64,000 nucleotides of DNA from Octopus vulgaris (GCA_951406725.2 OX597826.1:69998001-70062000), one strand, 5' to 3'. Positions 40,928 through 57,711 are shown, numbered from the stretch's first letter. A program made the numbers and translations. Notes: generated by a model from the letters alone, not told the origin.

Positions 40928-41540
40928 TAAAGAAATAAGAAACGTTAGCACACCGGGCGAAATGCGTAGCCGTATTTCGTCTGCCGTTACGTTTTGAGTT
41001 CAAATTCCGCCGACGTCGAGTTTGCCTTTCATCCTTTCGGGGTCGATTAAATAAGTATCAGTTACGCACTGGGGTCGATACAATCGACTTAATCCGTTTG
41101 TCTGTCCTTGTTTGTCCTCTCTATGTTTAGCCCCTTGTGGGTAGTAAAGAAATAGGTATTTCGTCTGCCACTACGTTCTGAGTTCAAATTCCGTCGAGGT
41201 CAACTTTGCTGTTCATCCTTTTGGGGTCGATAAATTAAGTACCAGTTACACACTGGGGTCAATATAATCAACTTAATCCGTCTGTCTGTCCTTGTTTGTC
41301 CCCTCTGTGTGTAGCCCCTTGTAGGCAGTAAAGAAATGAGAAACGTTAGCACGTCGGGCGAAATGTTTAGCGTAATTTCGCCTATCTTTACATTCTGGGT
41401 CCAAATTCGACCGAGGTCGACTTTGCCTTTCATCCTTTCGGGGTCGATAAATTAAGTACCAGTTGGGTACTGGGATCGATCTAAACAACTGGACCCCTCC
41501 ACCAAAATTTCGCACCTTGTGCCCAGAGTAGAAAAGATTC
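40928..41540 (+). mobile_element. SINE family B nested trimer (same architecture as 28343-28932)
   Basis: Junctions AAAGAAATA|AGAAACG, AAAGAAATA|GGTATTTCG and AAAGAAATG|AGAAACG. The last unit has the alternative tail. Confidence 0.9.
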
Positions 41541-41627
41541 TTTTATATTGTATATAATGTTGATGAAGAAACAGAGGTGCAGGGCATAAGGAAGCTCTCG
41601 ATGCCACCAGTTTTACATTTGCTAATC

Positions 41628-41728
<101 letters not shown>

Positions 41729-41737
41729 CATACATAC

Positions 41738-41812
<75 letters not shown>

Positions 41813-41902
41813 TATATATATGCATATATATATATATACATATATATATGTATATATATATATATGTGTGTGTGTGTGTATATACACATATGTGTGTGTG
41901 TA

Positions 41903-41947
<45 letters not shown>

Positions 41948-42047
41948 TGTGTATGTGTGTATAATTCAAATTTATAGAAAAACAAAAGACGAAAACAGGT
42001 GTATGAACAACAAGCAAGTGTATTAGTTTGACGTTCGGGAAAATGAA

Positions 42048-42086
42048 GTCTTTTTACATTTCGAGCCTACGCTCTTCAACAGAAAG
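42048..42086 (-). ncRNA. Variant minimal hammerhead-like motif (CUGUUGA core)
   Basis: Minus strand: TCTTT CTGTTGA A GAGC GTAG GCTC GAAA TG TA AAAAGA. Confidence 0.45.
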
Positions 42087-42686
42087 AAATAAAACGAAAT
42101 AGATATAGAGAGAAGGAAATATAACCTGTAGGGTTCAAGGTCCAAGATGGCGAATATACATATGTACGACAGGTTTACACACAGTCTCTGTTTACCATAT
42201 TTATTGATAAGGCATTGGTCAGTCCCTGGCTATAGTAAAAGACACTTGCATGAAGTTTCCCAAAGTGTTGCGCAGTAGAAATAAACCCGAAACCATAAGG
42301 TTACAAAGCGAGCGACTTAACCACGAAGTCATGTCTACGCCTTGCTCATTTATGTAAGTAAATATGCTTACATACATATACAGAAGAATATATTTATAAG
42401 TACGCACCCACAGACTTACACGCACATACACCCCACACAAACACACGTACACACATAACTATATATATATATATTTATATATATATATGCATGTATGTAC
42501 GTCTAATGTGTATATGTAGGTATATGTATGTGTATGCATGTATATATAGATACATATATATGTATGTATGTGTATATAAGTATATATGTATATATATATG
42601 CATGTATGTATATATATATATTTGTGTGTGTGTGTGTGTGTGCATGTGTGTGTATATATGTATATATACACATATACATATGCGTG

Positions 42687-42718
<32 letters not shown>

Positions 42719-42755
42719 TATACGTATGCATCCATGTATGTATGTATGTATATTG

Positions 42756-42836
<81 letters not shown>

Positions 42837-43244
42837 TGTATGTATGTATGTATGTATGTGTGTATGTATATGCCTGTCGGATTCGACGAAGTGTTCTCAG
42901 CTGTTCAATCAACTGAATTATTTACTCATTTAATTCATTTAATTCATTTAATTCACTTAATTAGCACGTAAATGGTTGAAATTAATTCCACAGACACTTG
43001 TACCAAATAATGTGATTCTTAGACAGAATCAGAGTGAGACAACGCTGTACCTTTTGAATTGAATTCGGAGTACAATCCACCCGACCGACTACCCTGAAGT
43101 TTATATCTACTCACAAGCTCACTCACAAAGTATGGCCTGGTCTGAGACAATTCAAAATAACACTTGCCCAAGACGTCTCGCTGTGAGATCGAACACACGA
43201 CTCCCTAGTCTCAGAGCAAACGTTTTAACTATGCATGAATCATG

Positions 43245-43665
43245 TCTCTTTTACTCTTTTCACTCGTTTACTTCTTTCAGACATTTGACTGCGCCCATGC
43301 TGGAGCACCGCCTTTAGTCGAGCAAATCGAACCCCAGGACTTATTCTTTATAAGCCTAGTGCTTATTGTATCGGTCTCTTTTGCCGAACTGCTAAGTTAC
43401 GGGGACGTAAACACACCAGCATCGGTTGTCAAGTGATGTTGAGGGGGACAAACATACACACACAAACATACACATATATGCATATACATATACATATATA
43501 CGACGGGCTTCTTTCAGTTTCCGTCTACCGAATCCACTCACAAGGCTTTGGTCGGCCCGAGGATATAGTAGAAGACACTTGGCCAAGGTGCCACGCAGTG
43601 GGACTGAACCCGGAACCATGTGGTTGCTAAGCAAGCTACCTACCACACACCCACTCCTGCACCTA
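43245..43665 (-). mobile_element. SINE family A, full length
   Basis: Reverse complement of the complete family A. A more diverged copy follows at ~43850-44250. Confidence 0.9.
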
Positions 43666-43717
43666 TGTCTGTATATGACTACCTAACAACATACGAATAT
43701 TAACATATATATGTATA

Positions 43718-43830
<113 letters not shown>

Positions 43831-44529
43831 ATACATCCTTTTTTCTGTTCCTTTTACTTGTTTCACTCATTGGACTACAGCCATGCTGGAACAACAAATT
43901 GAAAAGTTTAAGTGAAGATATCGTCATCAGTACTTATTCCATCGGTTTCCTTTACCAAACCGCAAAGTCACTGGACGTTAACGAAACAATAATGCTCGTC
44001 AAGTGGGGTCGATATACACAAAGGCATACATACATACATACATACATACATACATACATACATACATACATACATACATACATACATACATACGGACGTA
44101 CATACAAATGATGGGCTTCTTTCAGTTTCCGCCAACTGAATACAGTCACAAGGCCTTGGCTACTCCAGGGCTATAGGAGAACACACTTACCGAAGGTGCT
44201 GCGCAGTGGGACTGAAACCGGAACTCTGTGGTTGGGAAGCAAAAGTTCATACGTATGTGTGGGTATGTGTACATGCATTTGGAACGTATATAAGTATGCA
44301 AGAGTTTATGTATGTATGTATGTATGTATGTATGTATGTATGTATGTATGTATGTATGTATGTATGTATGTATGCATGTATGCATGTATGTATGTATGTA
44401 TGTATGCACGTATCTATGTATGCATGTATGCATGTATGTATGCATGTATGCATGTAGGTATACATGTATGCATGTATGTAGTATGTAGACATGTATGTAT
44501 GCATTTATGTATGCATGAATGCATGTATG

Positions 44530-45240
44530 TTATTTATTGTTCAGTTTTATTTCAAGATTTCTTGCCAATAGAGAAAGAACCGGTTTCTAACATAGATCCA
44601 AGACTCCTTCATTGGAATTTTAACATCAACAACAGGGTATTTTTGTTTGTTTGTATGTGTATATGTATATATGTATGCAGATTTGTATGCTTTGTTTTAT
44701 GTATGTATTCTCATAAATATAGTTACATATCTAGACATGCTCATATATATTTAAACGATAAACTTCTGGAAAGTCTTACAGATGTTTACAGTTCTAGTGA
44801 TGGATTGGATATGTAACTTTCGAATTAGCTTTCTCCTTTGTGGTTTTAATGGAGCCTAATTTCTCAAGATTAGTATTTAGGCAGTGTATTACATATCTCA
44901 GGGCCCCAATAATTACAGGTATAAACCTGAACTTGTAATCTGGATAGAATAACTTCAGATTTCTCAATAGTTCAGCATAGATATTCTCTTTTCCATTGAT
45001 CTTTAGCTTTATGCTAACATCCGCTGGGCAGCAAATTTCTACAACTGTACACGGTTTCTCTCCTCCATTCCCAATCATTATATCAGGCCTGTTTGTGTTT
45101 ACATTTTATTGAGGATTTGACTGGGACATTCCACCAGTACTTTTAATTATGAGTAGCTACGGCTTCTACCATACTGTGGGCTCTTATTTATATGTCCTCG
45201 GGGTTATCCTATTGACGGATTTCATTATAGTGTCCTAGCT
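44530..45240 (-). mobile_element. RLE-type non-LTR retrotransposon 3' fragment embedded in (CATA)n
   Basis: YWWNVPV...PDIMIG...CTVVEICCPAD...KENIYAELLRNL...FIPVIIGAL shows PD-(D/E)xK RLE motifs. (TATG)n lies on both sides. Confidence 0.8.
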
Positions 45241-45683
45241 AGTATGTATGTACGTACGCATGTATGTATGTATGTATGTATGTATGTATGTATGTATGTA
45301 TGTACGTACGCATGTATGTACGTACGTATGTATGCATGCATGTAATACATAGGTATCTATGAGCTTCAGCATACATGTGTTATATCTATTTATCAATTAT
45401 GTATGCCTGACGTTGGTATGTACGTATGCTCTTAGAGAATAATCAAGTGATGGTATTACTCGTAATTGAACTGCAGCCATCATAAATCTATGTATGCTTG
45501 TATGTATGTACGCATGTATACATATATGTATGCTTGCATATATGTATGTATGTACGTATGCATACATGTACGTATGTATGTATGTATGTATGTATGTATG
45601 TATGTATGTATGTATGTATGTATGTGTGTATATATGTATGTAAGCATTTATACATGTATGAATGTTTGTACGTATTTACGCTG

Positions 45684-45758
<75 letters not shown>

Positions 45759-45765
45759 CATACAC

Positions 45766-45826
<61 letters not shown>

Positions 45827-46654
45827 TTTGTGTATTTTCTTGTGCATGTATGAATGTACGTATGCATGTATACACGTATACATGTATTTATGTGTGTATG
45901 CATGCATGTGTGTATGTGTGTGTGTATGTGTACGAAATGTGTGTGTGTCTATCTGCAGCTGAAAGAGTGTCGTAAAGAGGTGATGGACTTCCAGCGACCA
46001 GTGTCTTATATGATCTGACGATGCAGCATCAATAAACGCTTCATCTATTTTCTCAATTGAAATATTTCTTGGAACTGCGAACAACGCAGTCAGTAATTCT
46101 AAACTTTGACACTTGCCACGTCACCTATATGTTCACTTGACCTTTGACACGTTACCCTAAAGACCTAAAGGCGGAAGTCTTTGCTTGATAATCCAGCTAT
46201 CTTGTAAGTGTAACACAATGCACCGACACGTGCGTACAAACACACACACACACACACACATACACACACAAGCCCAAATGCAATTTATGGCGATAGACAC
46301 ACGCATACATGTGTAGCTGATGTTCATATTCATACTCATATACATGTACGTACAGACAACACACAAACACACATGTACGTACATTCACACATTCACTTGC
46401 CATACATACACACAAACACATACATTCACATATATATATATATATATATATATATGAACAAGCTCCTCCTCCGCGTTCGTTTCTATATATCCGGTACATG
46501 GTCGCAAGTACGTACGCGCAGCATACTCGTATGAGAGTGAGCAATGCGCATGTTCATAAGCCAACACGACGGAAACGACCGCACACACAAATTCCTGTAC
46601 AGAAAACGCAAGTGAATACAACGCATTTACACCAGAATGTACGTATATATATAC

Positions 46655-46705
<51 letters not shown>

Positions 46706-46718
46706 TATATATATACAC

Positions 46719-46763
<45 letters not shown>

Positions 46764-46825
46764 TATGTGTATAAATGCGTGTGCATTGATCTATGCTTCT
46801 CTTCTATATGTATATATAAATATAA

Positions 46826-46881
<56 letters not shown>

Positions 46882-47194
46882 TTGCTCACATCATATCACA
46901 TGACATGTGATATGACCATATATCATAATGAAGTAATCAAAGTAACAATACAATTCCGAATAACGCTCCTCCATCTCTCTCTCTCCCTCTCTCTCCATCT
47001 CTCTCTCTCTCCATCTCTCTCTCTCCATCTCTCTCCATCTCTCTCCATCTCTCTCTCTCTCCATCTCTCTCTCTCTCCATCTCTCTCTCTCTCCCTCTCT
47101 CCATTCTATTTTATCGTTCTTTCTCTTTCTATTTTTCTCATTCTTTCTATGTATCTCTCCATCTCTCCCTCTCCCACTTTTGGTCACTTTCTCT

Positions 47195-47230
<36 letters not shown>

Positions 47231-47765
47231 GTCTCATTCATTCCTCTTCATTATATCCGTCTCTCCTTGCTCTTTTCTGCCTCACACACTCTCTCTATTT
47301 TTCTTTATTTTTATTATTTCTATTTCATTCTGCTTCGATGTGTGTGTGTGTAAGAGAGAGAGAGAGAGAGAACAAATATGTACACGCCTTTGTGTGTTTG
47401 TGTGTGTGTATGTGTGTGTATGCATCTTTCTCTCCCTCCCTTACTGCGTGTGTGTGTATATATGTATATATTTGTGGGTGTGTGGGTGTGTACACCCCCA
47501 CACACACATATATATATATGTACATATATGTATGTGTATATGCAAATATGCATTTATGTATCTACGTATCTATGTATGTATATATGTATGTATGTGTCTA
47601 TATATGCATCTCAGTATGTAATGTATATATGTATATGATGCATGTGTTTGTCTGTATATATGTGTGTGTGTATGTGTGTGTGTGTCGATAAGCATATTTT
47701 CTCTCCATGTCGTTCTATCTGTTTATCTACCCATCTATTTATTTATTTATTTATCTCTCGGTCAG

Positions 47766-47824
<59 letters not shown>

Positions 47825-47924
47825 CTCTCTATCTATCTATCTATCTATTAATCCACATCTCTCTCTCTCTCTGTACATATATATATATACATGCATACAT
47901 ACATACATACATGCATATATATAT

Positions 47925-48067
<143 letters not shown>

Positions 48068-48071
48068 TGTA

Positions 48072-48105
<34 letters not shown>

Positions 48106-48455
48106 TATATATATATGTGTGTGTTTGTGTTTGTGTGTGTGTGTGTGTGTGTGTATACATATACATATCCATCTAACTCTGTATGTCTCTATCTCTCTCT
48201 CTTCTCTGCACAACGTTGTCCATATATCAAAAACATTCGTCTGTAAACGCCGCCGTCTCAAATAAGCTATCCCGTGACCACATCATGCTTTCGTTAGCTT
48301 AAACGGCTTCCAACGTTCCTCTAAAAATAGATTCCATCGATTAAACCAGGATATTTCACTCATAGGCAGAACGCCCACAGACGCCCATCAACGCCCAGCC
48401 GTAATAACCATCATAATAATATTAGATAGATAGATAGATAGATAGATAGCGATAT

Positions 48456-48511
<56 letters not shown>

Positions 48512-48808
48512 GGCGATAGATAGATAGATAGATAGATAGATATGGTGATGTTTAACATTGGCACAAGGTCATGCACTTTATAAAGGAAGCGGGTGGGGGT
48601 GGGGGGACAATTAGACAATGAATCGATCGCGATATTTTGCTCCCGAGGCAGAAAAGCAAAAGTGATTTGACCCCAACGATTCGATTGAACTGAGGAACGT
48701 AAAGAGATGTAACTAAAAGGCCTGTAGGGCGTTTCAATATTGCTTGCAACTCTTCTGTCTCCTTTTTCGATAATAATAACTGTAATAATAATAATAATAA
48801 TAATAATG

Positions 48809-51612
<2,804 letters not shown>

Positions 51613-51861
51613 CTTTTTTTCTGTTTCCTTATCACGGCCATCGAGGGCAGGCTTTCCTTAGGAAATAACGCTTCTTCTTACAAATACCCCGAAGAAAATT
51701 TCTTTGTTACAACCACCTCTACTCCTCTGAGCTAGCGACACTCGACCTCCACTCAGGCATGTCAAATACATCAAACTCTCTTCCTTGCTTCACATCTACT
51801 TCATCTTACTCTTCATGTTAGAAACAGTAACCAAATCAACTTTGTTAACCCAACCCGCCTC

Positions 51862-52019
51862 AGGAGTGGCTGTGTGGTAGGTAGCTTGCTTACCAACCAC
51901 ATGGTCCTGGGGTCAGTCCCACTGCGTGGAACCTTGGGCTAGTGTCTTCTACTATAGCCTCGGGCCAACCAAAGCCTTGTGAGTGGATTTGGTAGACGGA
52001 AACTGAAAGAAGCCCGTCG

Positions 52020-52078
<59 letters not shown>

Positions 52079-52300
52079 TTGTGTGTCTGTGTTTGTCCCC
52101 ACCAACATCGCTTGACAACCGATGCTGGTGTGTTTGCGTCACCGTAACTTAGCGGTTCGGCAAAAAAGAGACCTATAGAATAAGTACTAGGCTTACAAAG
52201 AATAAGTCCTGGGCTCAATTTGCTCGACTCTAAAGGCGGTGCTCCAACATGGCCGCAGTCAAATGACTGAAACAAGTAAAAGCGTAAAAGAGTAAAAGAG
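51862..52300 (+). mobile_element. SINE family A, full length
   Basis: Complete head, internal (TA)/(TG) tract and (TAAAAGAG)n tail. Confidence 0.9.
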
Positions 52301-52679
52301 TATATCTGTTATCTTTGAAGACCGTGTCGAAGCTGTTTTCTAGCTACTTATATTAGTTTTCCTTCATTTTTTTCCCCTAGATGTATTCTCGTTGCAGAAG
52401 ACCTTGACTTTCTTGTATTTGCGCTAAATGTCTTACGTGTGGAATTTTTGTTGCATACTTTATTAATTTATTATCATCTAATTATCCTTTCCTAACATTT
52501 TCTATCACTTTTGTGTATGTGCTACACTCTGTCTAGTTCATTAATTGTTAAACATTCATAACTTTCTGTTTGATCTAATTCTCTTATCTCAGTTTCTCCA
52601 TCTAACATGATATTAGAAGTTTTTATTAATTTTTTTCATTACACCGTCTCCTTTCAAAGTTGACACATACACACACACA

Positions 52680-52722
<43 letters not shown>

Positions 52723-52784
52723 TTAATCCCTCTCACTTTCTCTCTCTATCTATCCACCTATCTATCTATCTATCTATCTATCCA

Positions 52785-53460
52785 TGTCACGCCTCCTTCC
52801 TTCAAACGGGAAGGAAGAGCTATTTTCATCATCCTTGTGGCTATGGCGAAAGAATGTATCTGGTGGACGCGTCTGAAAGGATTGGAGACAAACACTTTCC
52901 TCTCTGGTCAATCTCTCATCAACTTCTTCAAGTACCACTTGAAAAGGAAAGTGAGAGTAGAGAGGCAAGTTTTGTCTAGCGAATGTTTTAAAAAAAGATG
53001 GGTGAATGTAGCAAGAATGGCACGTATGAATGACGAAGCCACCTTGAGCATAGTCCTATGAACCCAGAAATCGAAAACAGAGAGTTGCTTATTTGCAAAA
53101 AAAAAAAAAAAAAAAAAAAAAAAGAAATATAAAATGTGACTTCATTGACCGAGGTTACCGTGGTCTTTTCCGTAGGCTTTTCTTTGCACGGGTAAACCTC
53201 ACCTGTCCTCCCCTTTACACTTCATATTGACATTTCTGTGATAACGATCCCTATTGATCATTTTTTTCCTCCCCCCCCTTTTTTTAACCCCCCCCCTTTT
53301 TTTTGTCCTCTTTCTCTCCTTTTACGATCCCTTTTGATCGAAACTCCCCCCTTCCTTTTTTTTTTTTTTTTTTTTTTTTTTCCTAACCCTTCAAAAGAAA
53401 AGCTCTACCTTGTAATTTGTTCTATCTGTGTGCAGCCCGGTGTGGCTAATAAAGAAACAT
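52785..53460 (+). mobile_element. Tx1-like LINE, short 5'-truncated copy in (TATC)n
   Basis: Nearly identical to 54940-55576. (TATC)n on both sides. Confidence 0.92.
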
Positions 53461-53478
53461 ATCTATCCATCTATCTAG

Positions 53479-53509
<31 letters not shown>

Positions 53510-53670
53510 ACCATCTATCTATCTATGTATCCATCTATCTATCTATCCATCATCTATCTATCCATCTATCTATCTAGCTATCTGGCTATCTATCTAACTA
53601 ACTATCTATCTATCTATCTATCTATCTATCTGTCTATCTATCTATCTACCTATCTGACTGCCTATCTATA

Positions 53671-53706
<36 letters not shown>

Positions 53707-53715
53707 CATCCATCC

Positions 53716-53785
<70 letters not shown>

Positions 53786-53800
53786 ATGACTATCTATCTA

Positions 53801-55576
53801 GAACTGGGATGCGGGACGAGCGTGTCTGCATACGCGGATGACGTCACCGTCATAGTGTCTAGCCACGAGCACATCGAGCAGGTCGGCGAGACACTGAAAA
53901 ACTACGAAGCGGTGACAGGAGCGAAAATCAACCGGGAAAAGTCAGTGGGCTTGCGACTCGGCACCTGGAGAAGCAAGCCCATGCCGTCCACCAGCGCCTC
54001 CGTCGTGGGACGCTGGCCCGACGGCCCAGTTGAGTTGCTCGGGGTCTGGTTTGGTCCGGACCTCCAAGTGGAGAAGAACTGGAACGAGATAACGAGTAGG
54101 GTGGTCACTCTCGCCCGGCAATGAGCCGAGAGGAAACTGTCCCTAAAAGGTCGGGCGGAGGTGGCGAACACGTACATCGCGTCCGTCATCTACTACCGCC
54201 TGACCGTCGTACCTTGTCCCGACCCTACCATCACCAAACTACAACGCATTCTCTTTCGCTTCTTGTGGAAAGGATGCGTCCCGATGGTCAGGCGATCCAT
54301 TTGCTGTCAACACCCGTTAAAAGGAGGGCTGGGCATGCCGTGGTTGATGATGCGCAGACACGCGCTGAGACTGCGACATCTCTGGCTCTATGTAGACGAC
54401 GGTGAACAGGTGTGGTCGCTGTTTGTGAGGCACGCTTTCCCGCAGCTCGTCTCTATGACCGAACTGTAGTCGTGGATCAAAAAGAGGCCGAAGAAGGGCG
54501 AATGGCACCGCGAGTGTCGCGTTGCTCTCAAGCAACTCTGCCGTCCTGGGTCGACCTTGAGTGACTTCAACACAACCAAAGCATTCTATAGGGGTTTAGT
54601 GGAAGGGAGGTACGACGACGAGCTCGGGGCGAACCTGGACGTCGACGAGGAGTACCTGACCCGCCTGTTCAGGACGACTTTCGGACCAGGGCCCATGGAC
54701 AACTTCCAGAGATCCCTGGCCTGGCAGTGCTATCGAGAAGCGCTACCCGTTCGGGATAAGCTCTACAGACACGGCTCGAGAAACACGGGGCCGACCTGCC
54801 CGAGATGCGGTCAGAGCGACGAAACCGTTCTGCACGCACTCGTGCAGTGTCCAACAATTTCCGACCTGTGGGCTTGTGTCGAACAACTGCTGTCACGTGT
54901 GGGACGAGTCGGTTTATCAGCTGAGTCTATCGTCAATATTGTCACGCCTCCCTCCTTCAAACGGGAAGGAAGAGCTATTTTCATCATCCTTGTGGCTATG
55001 GCGAAAGAATGTATCTGGTGGACGCGTCTGAAAGGATTGGAGACAAACACTTTCCTCTCTGGTCAATCTCTCATCAACTTCTTCAAGTACCACTTGAAAA
55101 GGAAAGTGAGAGTAGAGAGGCAAGTTTTGTCTAGCGAATGTTTTAAAAAAAGATGGGTGAATGTAGCAAGAATGGCACGTATGAATGACGAAGCCACCTT
55201 GAGCATGATCCTATGAACCCAGAAATTGAAAACAGAGAGTTGCTTATTTGCAAAAAAAAAAAAAAAGAAATATAACATGTGACTTCATTGACCGAGGTTA
55301 CCGTGGTCTTTTCCGTAGGCTTTTCTTTCCACGGGTAAACCTCACCTGTCCTCCCCTTTACACTTCATATTGACATTTCTGTGATAACGATCCCTATTGA
55401 TCATTTTTTTTTCCTCTCCCCCTTTTTTTTAACCCCCTTTTTTTGTCCTCTTTCTCTCCTTTTACGATCCCTTTTGATCCCCCTTCCTTTTTTTTTTTTT
55501 TAAACCTTCAAAAGAAAAGCTCTACCTTGTAATTTGTTCTATCTGTGTGCAGCCCTATGTGGCTAATAAAGAAACA
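53801..55576 (+). mobile_element. Tx1-like (L1 group) LINE, 5'-truncated ORF2 (RT plus C-terminal zinc finger) with two nonsense codons
   Basis: One reading frame: [48 protein letters not shown]. Stops at 54122 and 54467, true stop at 55216. The 3' UTR ends AATAAAGAAACA-TATCTATC. Confidence 0.92.
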
Positions 55577-56067
55577 TATCTATCTTTCTTCAAGGTCGCT
55601 TAGGTATTTTGTTTTTTTAAACCAACAATTATGCTATTTTCCCCCCTGTTAACAGTAACACATTTCCCAACAAATTACAAGGGATTTTTTGTTTGTTTAT
55701 TGTTATTGCTGTTGTTGTTGTTTTCAGTTGTCATCTGCAGTATACACCTTAAGGATTTCGGAGGATTTTTTCCTTTTCTTTCCATTTACAGAAAAGGTTC
55801 ATTGTGACCACAGGAGATATGTGATAATATCAGTAGTCATATTTTTGTTGCATACATTCACTGCACACAGAGAACAGCTCTGGGTGCCTTAAGGAAAGCG
55901 CAGGGTACTATTTTTGCTATATGTGTCTGTGCGTGAGTGGGATTCTATTGTCCTGAAAGCGTGTGTTGTTACATCGTACTGTTTATTGTATGCTGTATTA
56001 CGTATCGGTGTGTAAAATCTTGGAGTAACCTACGTCAAATGACTGAAAAAAGTAAAAGAAAGAATAG

Positions 56068-56187
56068 ATGCAATTGCAGCGTGGATGGTGTTTGTAAGCC
56101 ATTTAAGAAACACACAAAAACCGTTAGATTCACTTCAACATTTAAATTTAATTTGTCAAAATATTTTCGTCACTTTGAGACCGCGAC
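56068..56187 (-). repeat. Dispersed repeat, possible pLTR fragment with a hammerhead 3' half (diverged copy ~58960-59100)
   Basis: Minus strand GTCGC-GGTCTCAAA-GTGAC-GAAA-ATAT-TT-TGACAA. Shares GCAATTGCAGCGTG...AGAAACACA...GTTAG with 58960-59100. Confidence 0.4.
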
Positions 56188-56211
56188 AAAACTTCGTACA
56201 GCATCACGAAG

Positions 56212-56497
56212 TTTGGCGACCCGCTAAGTTATTTTATCGATCTCGATTGGCGAGCCGCTAAGTTATTTTATCGATCACCTTTGTCGAACCGCTCAGTTGT
56301 TTTATCGATCTCGATTGGCGAACCGCTAGTTAATTTATCGATCACCTTTGGCGAACCGCTCAGTTATTTTATCGATCACGTTTGTCGAACCGCTAAGTTA
56401 TTTTAACGATCTCCTTTGGCGAACCGCTTAGTTATTTTATCGATTTTCTTGGGCGAACCGCTAAGTTAATTTATCGATCACCTTTGGCGAGCCGCTA
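56212..56497. repeat. 34-bp minisatellite (~8.4 units) derived from a SINE A segment
   Basis: CCGCT recurs about every 34 bp. The unit TTATTTTATCGATCACCTTTGGCGAACCGCTAAG resembles the SINE A reverse strand TTATTCTATCGGTCTCTTTTGCCGAACCGCTAAG. Confidence 0.9.
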
Positions 56498-57019
56498 TTT
56501 GTAATTTAAGCGGATTTGTAATTTAATCGCGGAAATCTAATTTTTTTATAAATGGGAGAGAAATAGATAGTGAAAGATAGAGAGTAAGAGAAAGAGTCCG
56601 AAGGAAAGGAAGATTAGGAGAGTGGGAAAGTGGGAGAGAAATGAGAGAGAAATAAAAAGGGGGAATGTGGGCGATAAGAAACACAGAGGAAGCAACAGAA
56701 AGTAACAACCACACCCTCACCCGCGCGTAGAGCGGCTCACCTTAAACTAGTCAAGTATTATAAAAGCAGAATAATTGTTGTTCTTGACCTCAGTTTGACG
56801 CATGTTTCTACTTATTACACAGTGCTACTACAACTAGACGCATCAACGCTTGACCTTAGTCCTTAACTCAACCATCAGCACATGGTTTTTAACTCAAGTT
56901 CATATTCCTTAGGATTCATGTACACCCCCGTAGCTATTAGTCAAAATTTACCTTCGTATTTCGCTTTAAGGTCGTGTTTTCTGTATGTTCACACACGCAT
57001 ATGTTGGTTGGTCTTCCTG

Positions 57020-57180
57020 CCTACCTATGAGTTAGGTTGCAATCAGCCCCTTTTGCTATCATTCCCAGGGCACCTATGACAACAGGTATTGTTTTAGTCT
57101 TCAGGTTCCACATTTTGCTGATTTCTGTTTCAAGATCTTTATATTTGCTCAGTTTTTGGTAGGTCTTGACAGTACGACTG
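57020..57180 (-). mobile_element. R4-like RLE C-terminal fragment
   Basis: VKTYQKLSKYKDLETEISKMWNLKTKTIPVVIGALGMIAKG. Confidence 0.8.
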
Positions 57181-57267
57181 TTTATACACGTTATAAATTA
57201 CAAGATGGATAAATGACATTTATAGCCACCATCAACAACGATCGAGCTTGTACGTTTGCAAATGTAT

Positions 57268-57308
<41 letters not shown>

Positions 57309-57329
57309 ACGCGCACACATGCACACGTC

Positions 57330-57710
57330 AGGACATGCTATAGGTGCAGTGGCCGTCTTTATTGCGCGTGTAGCGGCACAAGCAGTCAGCGCCATATTGG
57401 ATGAGACCTCGCCGGCAGCCATTGCCATCTCCGAGACTGGAGCGAGATCTCACCTGCATCCATTTGCCATGCGCAAGGTCACAACGAGGCTCGCGGTGGA
57501 AAACTGGATATAATGGCCCAACAAACAGATTCTCTCTCTTCTTTACCGCAAGCGCTTGCTGAACACACATATTCGCTGGCTGGGTCTCCAGGCTAGTCTT
57601 GTCTGCACGTCGTATCTCCAGAGGTAAATGGGCCCGCGTTAAAGGAGATACAACGAAGCGTACACAGCTTGAGGTGGTCTACTGAAAGCGACACACTTCG
57701 TTTGTTTATT
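57330..57710 (+). mobile_element. GC-richer relic, possibly gag-like (zinc knuckle)
   Basis: With one frameshift it reads TCIH/CHAQGHNEAR (Cx2Cx4H-like). Composition contrasts with the flanks. Confidence 0.3.
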
Positions 57711-57711
57711 C

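Noticed and set aside
55765-55895. Strong splice acceptor (TTTTCTTTCCATTTACAG) and possible exon
   Set aside because: No good donor or recognisable peptide. It cannot be supported without RNA data.
56212-56497. 34-bp periodic array as CRISPR
   Set aside because: The units are contiguous with no unique spacers and are SINE-derived.
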